In this document: positions 8,218 to 17,815 of the stretch, piece after piece
Layout of the letters: each line of letters begins with the position of its first letter
How positions within the stretch are numbered: position 1 is the first letter of the stretch
Source of the DNA: an uncultured delta proteobacterium
GTDB lineage: Bacteria; Desulfobacterota; Binatia; UBA9968
Assembly: GCA_963760795.1 (NCBI GenBank)
Contig: CAVXEP010000035.1
Coordinates: 32,001-96,000 of the forward strand
Direction of reading: 5' to 3'
DNA: 64,000 nucleotides
Program-made: the position numbers and the translations under genes
The notes under the pieces: model-generated
Told to the model about the DNA's origin: nothing
Databases searched by the model: none
What the model saw: the letters and a program-made list of their open reading frames with translations, nothing else

Positions 8218-11200
8218 TTACGGCAGCGCCAGTGTGATTTTTCCAAAGATAGTCCGGTTCGGTTGTATGCGCGAGTTGTTTAAGTCTCGTTCATAGTAGT
8301 TGAATTTTTGGTCCAATAGATTGGTCGCTCCAACCGTGATAAACCCGTATCGTTTCGGCAAGCGGTAATTGATCCCCAGATCCACCAGAAAAAAATTATC
8401 ATTACCGGAGCGCGTGTCCGGCAATTTGATGCTTTGATTGTAGTAGGTCCCGGTCAGGAAGGCGCTCAAGCCCGAAGGGTGGAAGAAACTGATCCCCGAG
8501 GGCACACTGTGGGTCGTGAGCTGCCTCGGTTCGCCAATCGTCCCTTCGGTTCGATATTGGTCGAACATGTATTCGGTTCGGAGCGCGACCGATGGATGGG
8601 GCGTCCAAAACAGATAGGTTCGGCTCAGGTACTCCTCCATGTCCTCTTTTACTGTTGTATTCGTCGGTCCTATCGCCGGCGTCTTCAAATCCCTTTTGGA
8701 AAATTCTACGCCTCCGAACAACTCTTTGGTGAACTTTTGATCGACAGCCGCGCCGTAGCGCCACGCTTCGGCACCATTGAAATCATCATAAAATTGGTTA
8801 AAACCGGCGACCTGAGTCGGCTCGACGGTCGCATTGGTAACCAGAGTTCTTTTCAAGGTCCTGAACGCGGCAGCTCGCAGCGTGGTGTTGGGAACCGGAT
8901 TCCACGTCACGCCGAATTTTGGATTGGCCTGGCTGATGCTCTCGGTATCCGGACTTTCGCCCCTGGTAAAATCCCCACTGACGCCAAGAGTAAACGTCAC
9001 ATTCTTCAGGAAATTCAGATAGGAATACGCGTAAATATTGGTGTGTTTGAGATCCAAACTTTGGCGGTCGTGGATTACCAGAAGCGGGGGTATGTCTATG
9101 CCAAAGTCACGAGTGAGGTATCCATGAATATTGAAGTGGCCGACACCGGTCGTGAGGTTAAACCAGCTCGAACGAAACAAATGTTGAAGCTCGGCGCTGA
9201 CAGCGTTTTCCGGTCTTTTAACGTCGATAAAATCATTGGGGAAACCAACGATATTATTATCCTGCAATTTAACATCTGCATGCTGATAGGTCAGTGAGCC
9301 AATGACAATGGAATCCGGCGAAAAGCTATGGCGCGCGCCAAAGCGCCCGGTGTGCCGTTCTTCGGTGTTTTTCTCGCCGGGAAAGAAGTCCTGGGAGAAG
9401 AATCTCTGTAAAATGTCGCCTCTTTCATTATTTCTGTAGCGATATTCCGCTTGAATGCTGGTTTGTGGCGAGATCTCCAGTTGCGCAAAGGCGTTGCCGA
9501 TGTCGTCGTTCTGGCCGGCATTTTTGCGAAACCCGTCGGTCTGATAGTGAAAGCCGCCAAGGCTGTACGATAATTTTTTGTAGATGCCGGCGAGCACCCC
9601 TTCGCCACCGTAGGTGCTGTTTTCACCCGCGAGGGCGCTGGTTTGAAAGGTCAGGCCGTTGCGGTTGAAAATCGGATTGAACTCGTTAAATGAGAGCGCT
9701 CCAGGACCTCCGGCGCTGACCAGGAAGAGGTTGCTCTCGGAAAGCCGGGGCTGGATGGGTGTCATGTTGAGCGGCTGCAGCAATTGCGACTGCAGCAGTT
9801 CGCTGACCCTGGCGATCTCGTGGCGTGGCAAAATGGAATAAGAATCGGCGAGAAATCTGTGCGCGGAAAAATTCGACGGATCGGTATTGACCGATTTCCA
9901 CCCTTCCACCAGGGCAAGCTGCTGGAAACCCAGATCGCTATAGATTCGCGCTTGGCTGGCGCTGCGCGCGGCCAGATCGGAATCGAGCTGCAATTGCGAG
10001 CGATAGACCGCGCGGTTGTCATTGAGCTCGATGGCTTTTTCCATCGACTGCAACGCTTCCACCGGACGGTTGGTGGTCTGTTTCTGGATGGCGTCGTAGA
10101 AGTAGGGAGTCGGGTCCTTGGGGTCGAGTTCTTTCGCGGTGGCGTAATCACGTTCCGCTAGATCCGAGCGCTTTTCTTCGTAATAGGCTTTGCCCAAGTA
10201 GCTCCGGACGATAGAGTTATTCGCGTCCAGGCTTGCGGCGATCTCCAGCTCTTTTCTGCCGTCAACTAGATCGCCGTCGCGAATCTTCCCCAGACCTAGA
10301 CCGAGTCTCGACAGCGCATCGGCTTGATCGAGTTCGATGGCTTTTTCGAAAGCTTTTTTCGCTTCGACCGTGTCGACCCGCGTTAGGTAGGCGAAGCCGA
10401 GGACCATCTGCGTCCTGGACAGATTGGGATTCAGCGCGACCGCTTTCTGCGCAGCCTCAAGCGCGTCATCCAGGTCGGCGAACGACAGATGAATCTCAGC
10501 CAGCCTGGCCCAGGCCAGCGCGTTGCTCGGTTCGGCTTGCACGGCTTGCTGTAAACTTTTGCGTGCGCCTTCGAGATCGAAGTTCGCCTGCTGGGCGTAG
10601 GATAGGGCAGTGAGAGCGGCGGCGGATTTTGGATTGGCGGCGACGGCTTTCTGGGCGATACCGAGAGCCTTCTCTTTGTCGTTTTGCACGACGGCCACAA
10701 TCGACTGCAGCGCCAGAGCGTCACTGTAATTGGCATTTAATTTGAGCGCGCGCTCGAGATCGGGTCCGGCCTCGTCGACACGCCCGACGGCGAGTAATAA
10801 TGATGCGCGATAGGCGAAGAAGCGCGGCTCGGTTATGTCTGCCGGAGCGCCCTTGAGGGCGTCGAAGGCGCGTTGGTAGTCGCCCTTCAGGTAAGCCTCG
10901 ACCGAGTTTCGCGCCATGCCCTGCCAGGGTTGTGCGCCCTGAAAATCTTCCGGCCGGAAATAGGCCACCGGGGGATAGTAGAGCGCCCACTGGACGGCAT
11001 CGCGAGGACGCACCACGGTGCGCAATACCGGCGCCTGCCCCTGCACGGCGACCGCCGATTGGCCGCTGGCGATTGGCAGGCTGCCCGCCGCGTTGGCGGC
11101 CAAGACCCTGCCTTCGAAGATCGTGATCAAGGTTCTGTCCGCCTCGACTTGCACCAGGCCTTCAGTTCCTTCCACGCCGGCGTTCACGAAGGCGGTGTTC

Positions 11201-11638
11201 ACTTCTAAGTTGCGCGGCAAACGGCTGAAGAAATGCAAAGCACCGCGGGCAAGATCGATGATCGAGGCGCGTTCATCTTTCAACCCCACCAGGGTAATGA
11301 TCGTATTCTGATCGAGACGAAGCACCGGTTGATTGACCAAGGCGATGTCCGCGCGGCTTCTATCGCCGACCTGGATGCGATCCCCGGCGCAATAAGCTGT
11401 CGTTTAAGCGGGCCGGCTGTGATTGAGTTTGGCCGGCTCTGCGGACCTCGACAGTGCCCTGGACGGAGACCATCTTGGCGACCCCTGGATCGCAAACGGT
11501 CGCTGCGAAGGAAGACGGTGGGGAGAATAATGTGACCGCGCTAGCGGACCAGGCTAGCAAGACTAACATTGATCTTACTATTACCTTCACAATGCACCTT
11601 CTAATCATCAAAGATCTAACCGGGAATAAACTCGGCAC
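8218..11638 (-). CDS. FecR-domain / TPR / TonB-dependent-receptor-like beta-barrel outer-membrane protein (NsrA-like), split by a +1 frameshift near 11395
   Basis: ORF 11360-11638 gives the signal peptide and FecR start (VAKMVSVQGTVEVRR). Removing one base gives ...LNDS-YCAGDRIQVGDRSRADIALVNQPVLRLDQNT, joining ORF 8218-11340 with multiple TPRs and a C-terminal barrel (LVDLGINYRL, GATNLLDQKF, NRTIFGKITLALP). True start is probably around 11590-11569. Confidence 0.85.
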
Positions 11639-11908
11639 CCCTTAAATCGCCTTTGCAAACCCATGTCAAGCACTTTCTTAGCGCTGTACGACCAGGTATT
11701 CGGAGCGACCGATCGACGCCGAGTCAGCAAGATTTCTTCGAATGAGTTCGCCGCGGAATGTTCCCAAGTCATTCCAGGAGGAAAACGCAGAGCATCGATC
11801 GTGCCAATGCGCGGAATCCCAATCCCCAGCTAACTAGCGCTGTACGCAGGAAATCGCTCCGTTAGATCTCCCGATGGGAAGTTCGACAGTAAACTTTTGC
11901 ATACATAG

Positions 11909-11924
11909 TGTTAACAAGTTTACA
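11909..11924. promoter_or_regulatory. CRP/Clr-like operator candidate
   Basis: TGTTA-ACAAGT-TTACA versus CRP consensus TGTGA-N6-TCACA (8/10), between the cyclase stop and the receptor start. Confidence 0.3.
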
Positions 11925-11928
11925 CAGC

Positions 11929-14211
11929 TTACTTCTCATCGAGCCTTATTACGCCGTCCCAAGTTTCCCCGGGCGGACGCGATTTGTACTCGTCACAAAG
12001 CTTTAGATAGAAATGGGCCGGTCCGTCGGTGTCGCGGATTTCAATGGCGCGAGCGAATTTCTCTTTCGCTTCGTCCCATGCTTGCCGCCTGAATGCGTCG
12101 AGGCCTTGGGCAAACAACTCGCAGGTTTGTTTGTGTTTCTCGCCGGACTCTTCAAGGCTGCCCAACAGTTCATGCACGACTATAGGCAGTGCCTTACCTT
12201 TAAGCATGAAGGTGCCCACTTCCCGGGCAGCCATACCATCGAGATCGGCTATAGCTTCACCAGACACCAGCACCTCGGTTCCCAGATACTTATTTAGACC
12301 GTCCATCCGCGATGCCGTGTTGACGGTATCTCCCGTGGGGCCATACTCGTAATGATCGCCGGCGCCGATATTGCCGATAAAAATCTCGCCTGAGTGCACG
12401 CCGACGCGAGTGGGCAGATCGAGATTCGCCACCGTGCCGTTGAAACGATGCACCGCCTTGGCGACGTCGACTGCCGCCGAACAGGCCTGGCGGCGTAAGC
12501 GATCGTCCGGTCCTGCCGCCTTCCAGATCGCCAAGAAGGAGTCCCCCTTTAGGTTTACGACCATGCCGCCATGTCGTTTTACCGGCTCAAACGTTGCTTC
12601 GAAATACTCGTGCATGAGGTCGCTCAGTTGCTGCGGCGTCAATTTTTCCGACAAAGTAGTGTAGCCTGCAACGTCGGCAAAGAGGCAGGCGCCGTAAACC
12701 ATCGAGCCACTGTTCTTGATATCGACCATATTTTTCGCTAGCTGATCGACCACTTCGTCGGGCACATAGTAGGCAAGCGCTTTTCTGATCTGCTGGCGCT
12801 CTTTATTGGTCTCGGCATAGCTCCACAAGACCGCGCCGGCAATTGCCAATGGACTTTGAGCGAATAGCGGGATGACGATGGGATACCAGGTGCCGTCCAC
12901 CGCGAAGTGATATTCAGCGCCAAGCAGGTAAAGCGCGCTCATGCCGGTAACAGTCGCCGCCCCGACGATCATCGAGGTGACACGACAAATGATGCCGGTG
13001 AGCAAACCCCAGAGTGGAATCAACAAGAGATAAGCGAAAGTGCCGAGCGGTTTTACCGGTATATCTTCGAGCAGGTTGAGAAATGCGGTAGCGGCGATTT
13101 CGACGCCGCCGATAAAAACTCCGTTGGCTTGCGAGAACACGGTATAAAAACTGTCTTTGCGCTCAGCGAGGATTCTTTCCGAGAGTCCGACGAAGACGGC
13201 TTTGCCTTTGAGATCGACGGCTTTTGGATCGCTTGTCGCCTCGCCGATCTGCAGCGCGCGATAATAGGGAATGGTGGTCACGGTTCGCGGCGGGCCGTAG
13301 TAATTCACGTAGCGGCGATTGGAGCCGCCGTAGAGGTCGATGTGAAGCGTTAGCAGTCGCCTGCGATGCTCATCGAACCGCAGTTGAGATGATCGCTCCA
13401 GCTCCGCAACCATTCTCGACCGGATTGATGGGTCGGTTTCAAAGATTTCCCTGATATCCCGCATTAGCACTACGATGCCTTTTTTTTGGATGATCGGATC
13501 GACATCGCGCGGCAGTTTGGCGGCGTGATGGGGGCTGACTTTCCCTAATAACTCGACGAAGTCTTGGTAAACATCGACGAGGTAAAGTTGGAATGCGACC
13601 ACGGGAAAAGTCGGCGCATCGCCGGTACTGGGTTGGAAGGTCCAGTACTTGTTTACCTTGAACGGGATCCTCGGCAGCACGAACGGTACGGTGGCCAGAG
13701 CTGAGTCCGCCAGCGGAGCGTAGGGTTTGATTATTTTCACGATGCTATGTTCCGGCGAGTCAGAGCCGGCCATATTGGACGTGGAAACCTCTTTGGCGCT
13801 GAGGGCGTCGCCAAGCACGACATTGCCCGCTTGTTTCAATGCGGCGGCGAACGCGTTGTCGTCTTTCTCGACGCGGGCTTCGATAAAATGCACGTCGAAG
13901 GTCACCACCGAAGCGCCGGCTTTCGACAACACTTCGACGAGCCGGGCGTGCAGCGAGCGCGGCCACTTGTCCGGGTTTTCAGGGATTTTGAGCTGGTCGG
14001 CGGAGTCCTTGTCTATGCTTATGACGACCGCATCGGCCGGTGCCCGCCTTGGGCCGCGCAGCTTAAATAGCAATCCCAGGCCGGTGTCTTCCTCGAGCTC
14101 GTGGGTAAATTGAAAAAAACTCAGAACCAACCCGGTGGCAGCGACCAATAGTCCGAGCAGTAATGGTTTTAGAATTCGCGACAACATCGATAACACTACT
14201 TTTCCGAACAC
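11929..14211 (-). CDS. CHASE2-domain class III nucleotidyl (adenylate/guanylate) cyclase with C-terminal TPR-like tail
   Basis: N-terminal TM; CHASE2 motifs (VVISIDKDS, WPRSLHARLV, FDVHF, GVEIAATA); three TM helices; catalytic FADVAGYT, GD, RVGVHSG, GDTVNTASR. Start is possibly 14187. Confidence 0.93.
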   Translation of the reverse strand: MFGKVVLSMLSRILKPLLLGLLVAATGLVLSFFQFTHELEEDTGLGLLFKLRGPRRAPADAVVISIDKDSADQLKIPENPDKWPRSLHARLVEVLSKAGASVVTFDVHFIEARVEKDDNAFAAALKQAGNVVLGDALSAKEVSTSNMAGSDSPEHSIVKIIKPYAPLADSALATVPFVLPRIPFKVNKYWTFQPSTGDAPTFPVVAFQLYLVDVYQDFVELLGKVSPHHAAKLPRDVDPIIQKKGIVVLMRDIREIFETDPSIRSRMVAELERSSQLRFDEHRRRLLTLHIDLYGGSNRRYVNYYGPPRTVTTIPYYRALQIGEATSDPKAVDLKGKAVFVGLSERILAERKDSFYTVFSQANGVFIGGVEIAATAFLNLLEDIPVKPLGTFAYLLLIPLWGLLTGIICRVTSMIVGAATVTGMSALYLLGAEYHFAVDGTWYPIVIPLFAQSPLAIAGAVLWSYAETNKERQQIRKALAYYVPDEVVDQLAKNMVDIKNSGSMVYGACLFADVAGYTTLSEKLTPQQLSDLMHEYFEATFEPVKRHGGMVVNLKGDSFLAIWKAAGPDDRLRRQACSAAVDVAKAVHRFNGTVANLDLPTRVGVHSGEIFIGNIGAGDHYEYGPTGDTVNTASRMDGLNKYLGTEVLVSGEAIADLDGMAAREVGTFMLKGKALPIVVHELLGSLEESGEKHKQTCELFAQGLDAFRRQAWDEAKEKFARAIEIRDTDGPAHFYLKLCDEYKSRPPGETWDGVIRLDEK

Positions 14212-14463
14212 CGGACAAACAGATGCGAGGAACTCATTTGAGCGGCCGATCTTTTCTCAACTCTTGTTGTGCGTCCAAGAGTAAGCGATTGTCGAAGATC
14301 GTCTACAGCAATGTAGTGAAAATGTCGACTACTTTGCGGATCGCGACGGATTCAACCGGATTTATGCAGGGGCAATTCCCCGTGGTTGCCCATTCCGATT
14401 TTGTGGTCGCAGCATCGGCAGGGCAGGTAGGGGAGCGTGTCCCTGCGGGATCGTTGCGGAGGA

Positions 14464-15885
14464 TTATTTCAGTCCCAGCTTCGGCGCCCATTTTTCCCAG
14501 ATTTCCTCGCGTTTGTCGGCGCTGAATTTGTTCGCCACGGCGAACTGGTCGCGCCAGTGAAACGGTTTGCAGGCATCAATAAGCATGCGGCCCATGGTGA
14601 AATCGCCGCGCTCGCGTTTTTCCGGTGCCAGGCGCGGGTCGAGGTCGGAGGTCCAGGATTTCAATACCTGCACCGACTCGGCCGGGTCGACGCGGGTGCA
14701 CATGGCCCAGATGACTTGCTTCAAATCCACCGGATCGATGTCGTCGTCGACGGCGATGTAATAGCGGTACATGCTAGCGCCGGTCATCATGCCGGCGACG
14801 GCGGTGAGCGCTTGCAGGGCTTGGCCGGCGAAGCGTTGTTTGAGTGAGACGACGACCATGAGCGTGTGGCAATGACACCAGACGCCCTGCACGTCCGACA
14901 CGCCCGACTGTTCCAAATGATCCCAAATGCGCGCCGCGAATAGCGGGATACCGTAGCGTTCGGTGATCGGCAGCAGTGGCGGATTGCCGAGCAGGATCGG
15001 ATCGTTGCGGTACATGATTCTTTTCACCCGCACGACGCACTCTTCGCCGCTGTGAGTGTAGTAGCCGGGCCATTCGCCAAAGGGACCTTCGCTGTGGGTT
15101 TCTTCTTCCGGCGGCGGCATTTCACCTTCGACGACGATCTCCGAGGTTGCCGGCACGGGGAGTCCGGTGTAGGGCGCGCGAATCACTTCGAGCGGCGCGC
15201 CGCGCAGGGCACCGGCGTATTCATATTCGCTAACCCCCGCTTTCGCCGCCGACGGCGCGGCCATCCAGGTCGCCGGCTCGCAGCCGAGCACGATAGCGAC
15301 TGGGCAAGGTTTGCCCGCCTGCCAGTATTTGCGGGCGATCTGCTTGCCGTGCTTTTGCTCAATGATCCAGAGCGTCAAACGGTCTTTGCCGACAATGCAG
15401 GAGCGATAGGTGCCGACGTTGATCCAGCCGCTGTCAGGGTCTTTCACCACCACCATGTCGCCGGTGCCGATGTAGCGGCCACCGTCATGCTCGTGCCACT
15501 TGGGCGTCGGGAAAATTCCCAAGTCGACTTTGTCACCTTCGAGAATATTTTCCAGGATCGGTCCAGTGGCGACTTCTATTGGTGCGAAAGGTTTCAGATC
15601 ACGAATCTTGTTGCGCCAGGTGCGGAGAATTTCCAGTTTCGGCGCATCGGTGGGCAGGCCAAGAGCGAGGGCGAAACGGCGCGCCGTGGCGAGCACGTTG
15701 GCGGCGATGCGAAAGCCCTTGGGATATCCGGGAACGTTGTCGAATAGCAACAGCGGGCCTTCCTGCTCGGCCATCAGCTCGGTCAAGCAGCCGATTTCGA
15801 GATTCCAATCGGCGCCGTCGATTTGTTTAAGTTCGCCGATGCGGGCGGTGCCGTCGATGAAAGTGCGTAGATCGCTAAATGGCAT
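14464..15885 (-). CDS. UbiD family (prFMN-dependent) decarboxylase
   Basis: 473 aa; DLRTFI..GEL, NVGTYR, EGPFGEWPGYY, VDDDIDP..VIWAMCTR, LDP, IDACKP. Paralog of 1233-2675. Confidence 0.95.
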   Translation of the reverse strand: MPFSDLRTFIDGTARIGELKQIDGADWNLEIGCLTELMAEQEGPLLLFDNVPGYPKGFRIAANVLATARRFALALGLPTDAPKLEILRTWRNKIRDLKPFAPIEVATGPILENILEGDKVDLGIFPTPKWHEHDGGRYIGTGDMVVVKDPDSGWINVGTYRSCIVGKDRLTLWIIEQKHGKQIARKYWQAGKPCPVAIVLGCEPATWMAAPSAAKAGVSEYEYAGALRGAPLEVIRAPYTGLPVPATSEIVVEGEMPPPEEETHSEGPFGEWPGYYTHSGEECVVRVKRIMYRNDPILLGNPPLLPITERYGIPLFAARIWDHLEQSGVSDVQGVWCHCHTLMVVVSLKQRFAGQALQALTAVAGMMTGASMYRYYIAVDDDIDPVDLKQVIWAMCTRVDPAESVQVLKSWTSDLDPRLAPEKRERGDFTMGRMLIDACKPFHWRDQFAVANKFSADKREEIWEKWAPKLGLK

Positions 15886-15924
15886 GAATCCTCGCTTCGC
15901 TCGGAAATGCGCATTCGCCTTTGG

Positions 15925-16668
15925 CTAATGCGTAGCGGCGTAGCAGCCGTCCATGAACATTTTGTTCAAGTCAGCCGGGGTTACGGCGCAGTACTCTGCT
16001 GAGTAGCCGGGGCGTTCGTTAATGCCTTCCTGGAGCAGGCGGACCAGCACATGCTGGGTCACCGCGCCATGGGCCATGCGGTCGAGATGGTCCATGGTGT
16101 CGGCTTCGTGATGCTTGGAGAAATAACTTGCCTCCGCGGTAGTCAAGCCGTAGTACCTGGTCAGCGATTTGAAAAAGTCCAAGCAAGATTCGCCAAAAGG
16201 ATGTTCCCATAAGACCGAGAACCAATACTCTTGAATCTGCCCGTCGTTGATCAGCGTGCGGTGAAAGTCCGGCAGGGCGCGGCATTGCGGCAACATGGGT
16301 GCGAGCAAGACTTCTTCTTTCGTCAATCCGAGTGCGGCGCCGGTGCTCATCAGGATCTGAATATGGCCCGGAGGCGAGGGATGGCCGAACTCGTCGAGAA
16401 CCTTCTGGGTGTAGACTTCCATCAGGTCGACGTTTTTGACGAAGAACCACAGGTGTTTGTAAAACGCCGCGGTATAGACCGAGTTGATCACCGGCACGAA
16501 GGCGCCCCAGTTTTTGTAAAACAGCTGGATGGTTTCTTTTTTAAGCTTGCCTTCTTTTAGTTCATCCATGAATTTCGTTTTGTCGACCGTCTGTTTCCAG
16601 CGCTTGTCGCACTTGGCCGCCAGCTCGGCGACGTATTCCTTGGCCTGGCTTTCGGTCATCTTGAGCAT
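15925..16668 (-). CDS. Heme-oxygenase-like diiron protein (CADD/PqqC/TenA superfamily)
   Basis: 247 aa; DEFGHPSPPGH, LWEH, YFSKHHEADTMDH. Shares LFxKNWG, PMLPxCRA and GYxxEYCA with 2759-3532. Confidence 0.8.
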   Translation of the reverse strand: MLKMTESQAKEYVAELAAKCDKRWKQTVDKTKFMDELKEGKLKKETIQLFYKNWGAFVPVINSVYTAAFYKHLWFFVKNVDLMEVYTQKVLDEFGHPSPPGHIQILMSTGAALGLTKEEVLLAPMLPQCRALPDFHRTLINDGQIQEYWFSVLWEHPFGESCLDFFKSLTRYYGLTTAEASYFSKHHEADTMDHLDRMAHGAVTQHVLVRLLQEGINERPGYSAEYCAVTPADLNKMFMDGCYAATH

Positions 16669-16811
16669 TGCCTATTCCTCCCAGTCGATTCCGCGGTTAG
16701 ACCTCATTTGCATATGGCAGGGTCGACGGGCTGTCAAGCCGAATGCGGCTTGCTCAAGCCAAGAACAGTAGGATAGAGTGAGAAAAGTTGAAACCACGGA
16801 AAGGGGAACTT

Positions 16812-17177
16812 ATGGAATTCTTAAATCTGCAAGAAGAGATGGCCAAGGGACAACGCAAGATCGATCTCTACGGCACGGATAACTTCCGGTCGTGGCTACT
16901 CTATTTCGTTCCCGGCGATGGAACGGATATGCACTATCACGCCAGTCCGGAAACCTTTTTGGTTTTCTCCGGCAACGGAGTGGTCAAAGGTCTCAAGGGC
17001 GAGGAGAAGCCGATCAAGCAGCACGACGTCCTCTGTCTTGCCGCCAAGGATTACTATCAGATTGTGAATACCGGAACCGAGCCTTTGGTGCTGTTCGGCA
17101 ACCGCTCCGAGGCCTTCGGCGGCGCGCATATCCTGGCCGACGGCAAGGATCGCAGCAAGATGCAGCAGGGTGCGTGA
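16812..17177 (+). CDS. Cupin domain protein
   Basis: PGDGTDMHYHASPETFLVFSGNG cupin motif 1 (HxH..E); start moved to ATG 16812 after AAGGGGAA. Confidence 0.8.
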   Translation: MEFLNLQEEMAKGQRKIDLYGTDNFRSWLLYFVPGDGTDMHYHASPETFLVFSGNGVVKGLKGEEKPIKQHDVLCLAAKDYYQIVNTGTEPLVLFGNRSEAFGGAHILADGKDRSKMQQGA

Positions 17178-17211
17178 TCGGCGCGCTAGTGAGCAGCCGT
17201 TGGACCGCGAA

Positions 17212-17240
17212 TTGACTTCGGACAGGGTAGTGGTTAATTT
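17212..17240 (+). promoter_or_regulatory. Sigma70-type promoter candidate
   Basis: TTGACT-N17-TAATTT upstream of the FmdB-like gene. Confidence 0.5.
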
Positions 17241-17271
17241 ACCTGGCAGTTTCGCAAGTTGAGGATTTTTC

Positions 17272-17649
17272 ATGCCTATCTATGAGTATAGCTGTCAGAA
17301 ATGCGGTGTGGTCGAGGTCACCCAAAGGATCACAGAAAAGGCCCTGGCCAAGTGTCCGACCTGCAAGAGCAGGGTCAAAAAGCTGATTTCCAACACCTCG
17401 TTTCAATTGAAGGGTACCGGCTGGTACGTCACCGACTATGCTCGCAAAGGGCAAAACGGCGAGTCGAAAAGCGATAACGGTTCGAAGTCCTCGTCGTCAT
17501 CCGATTCAAAGAGTGACTCAAAGAGTGATTTAAAGAATGATTCAAAGAGTGAATCAAAGAATGAATCGAAGAGCGAAACCAAAAAGAGCGAGAGTTCTTC
17601 GACCGGCAGCGAAAAATCGTCATCGACCACCAGCACGGCTTCGACCTAG
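17272..17649 (+). CDS. FmdB family zinc-ribbon regulatory protein
   Basis: [11 protein letters not shown]...CPTC...[19 protein letters not shown] followed by a low-complexity S/K/D/E tail. Confidence 0.92.
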   Translation: MPIYEYSCQKCGVVEVTQRITEKALAKCPTCKSRVKKLISNTSFQLKGTGWYVTDYARKGQNGESKSDNGSKSSSSSDSKSDSKSDLKNDSKSESKNESKSETKKSESSSTGSEKSSSTTSTAST

Positions 17650-17815
17650 CCGCGACCCAGATCATCATCGGCTCATTATCAGCGGCGCCTAAGTGGCGCC
17701 GCTGGTCGTTTTGGGCGATGTTAAGTATCGGTTCGGGGGGCTAAATAGGTCTAGATTTAGCGCCGCATTTTCGCTATAGCTGGGGCATAAAGAAACTTGA
17801 AGGAGGTTTTAGACA

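Noticed and set aside
11929-14211. Cyclase as a Pycsar defence system
   Set aside because: It has a CHASE2 receptor architecture and no adjacent cNMP-binding TIR or TM effector.
17500-17600. 12-bp GATTCAAAGAGT-type repeats as a CRISPR or DNA-level repeat
   Set aside because: They are in-frame low-complexity SKSD/SKNE codons in the FmdB tail with no spacers.
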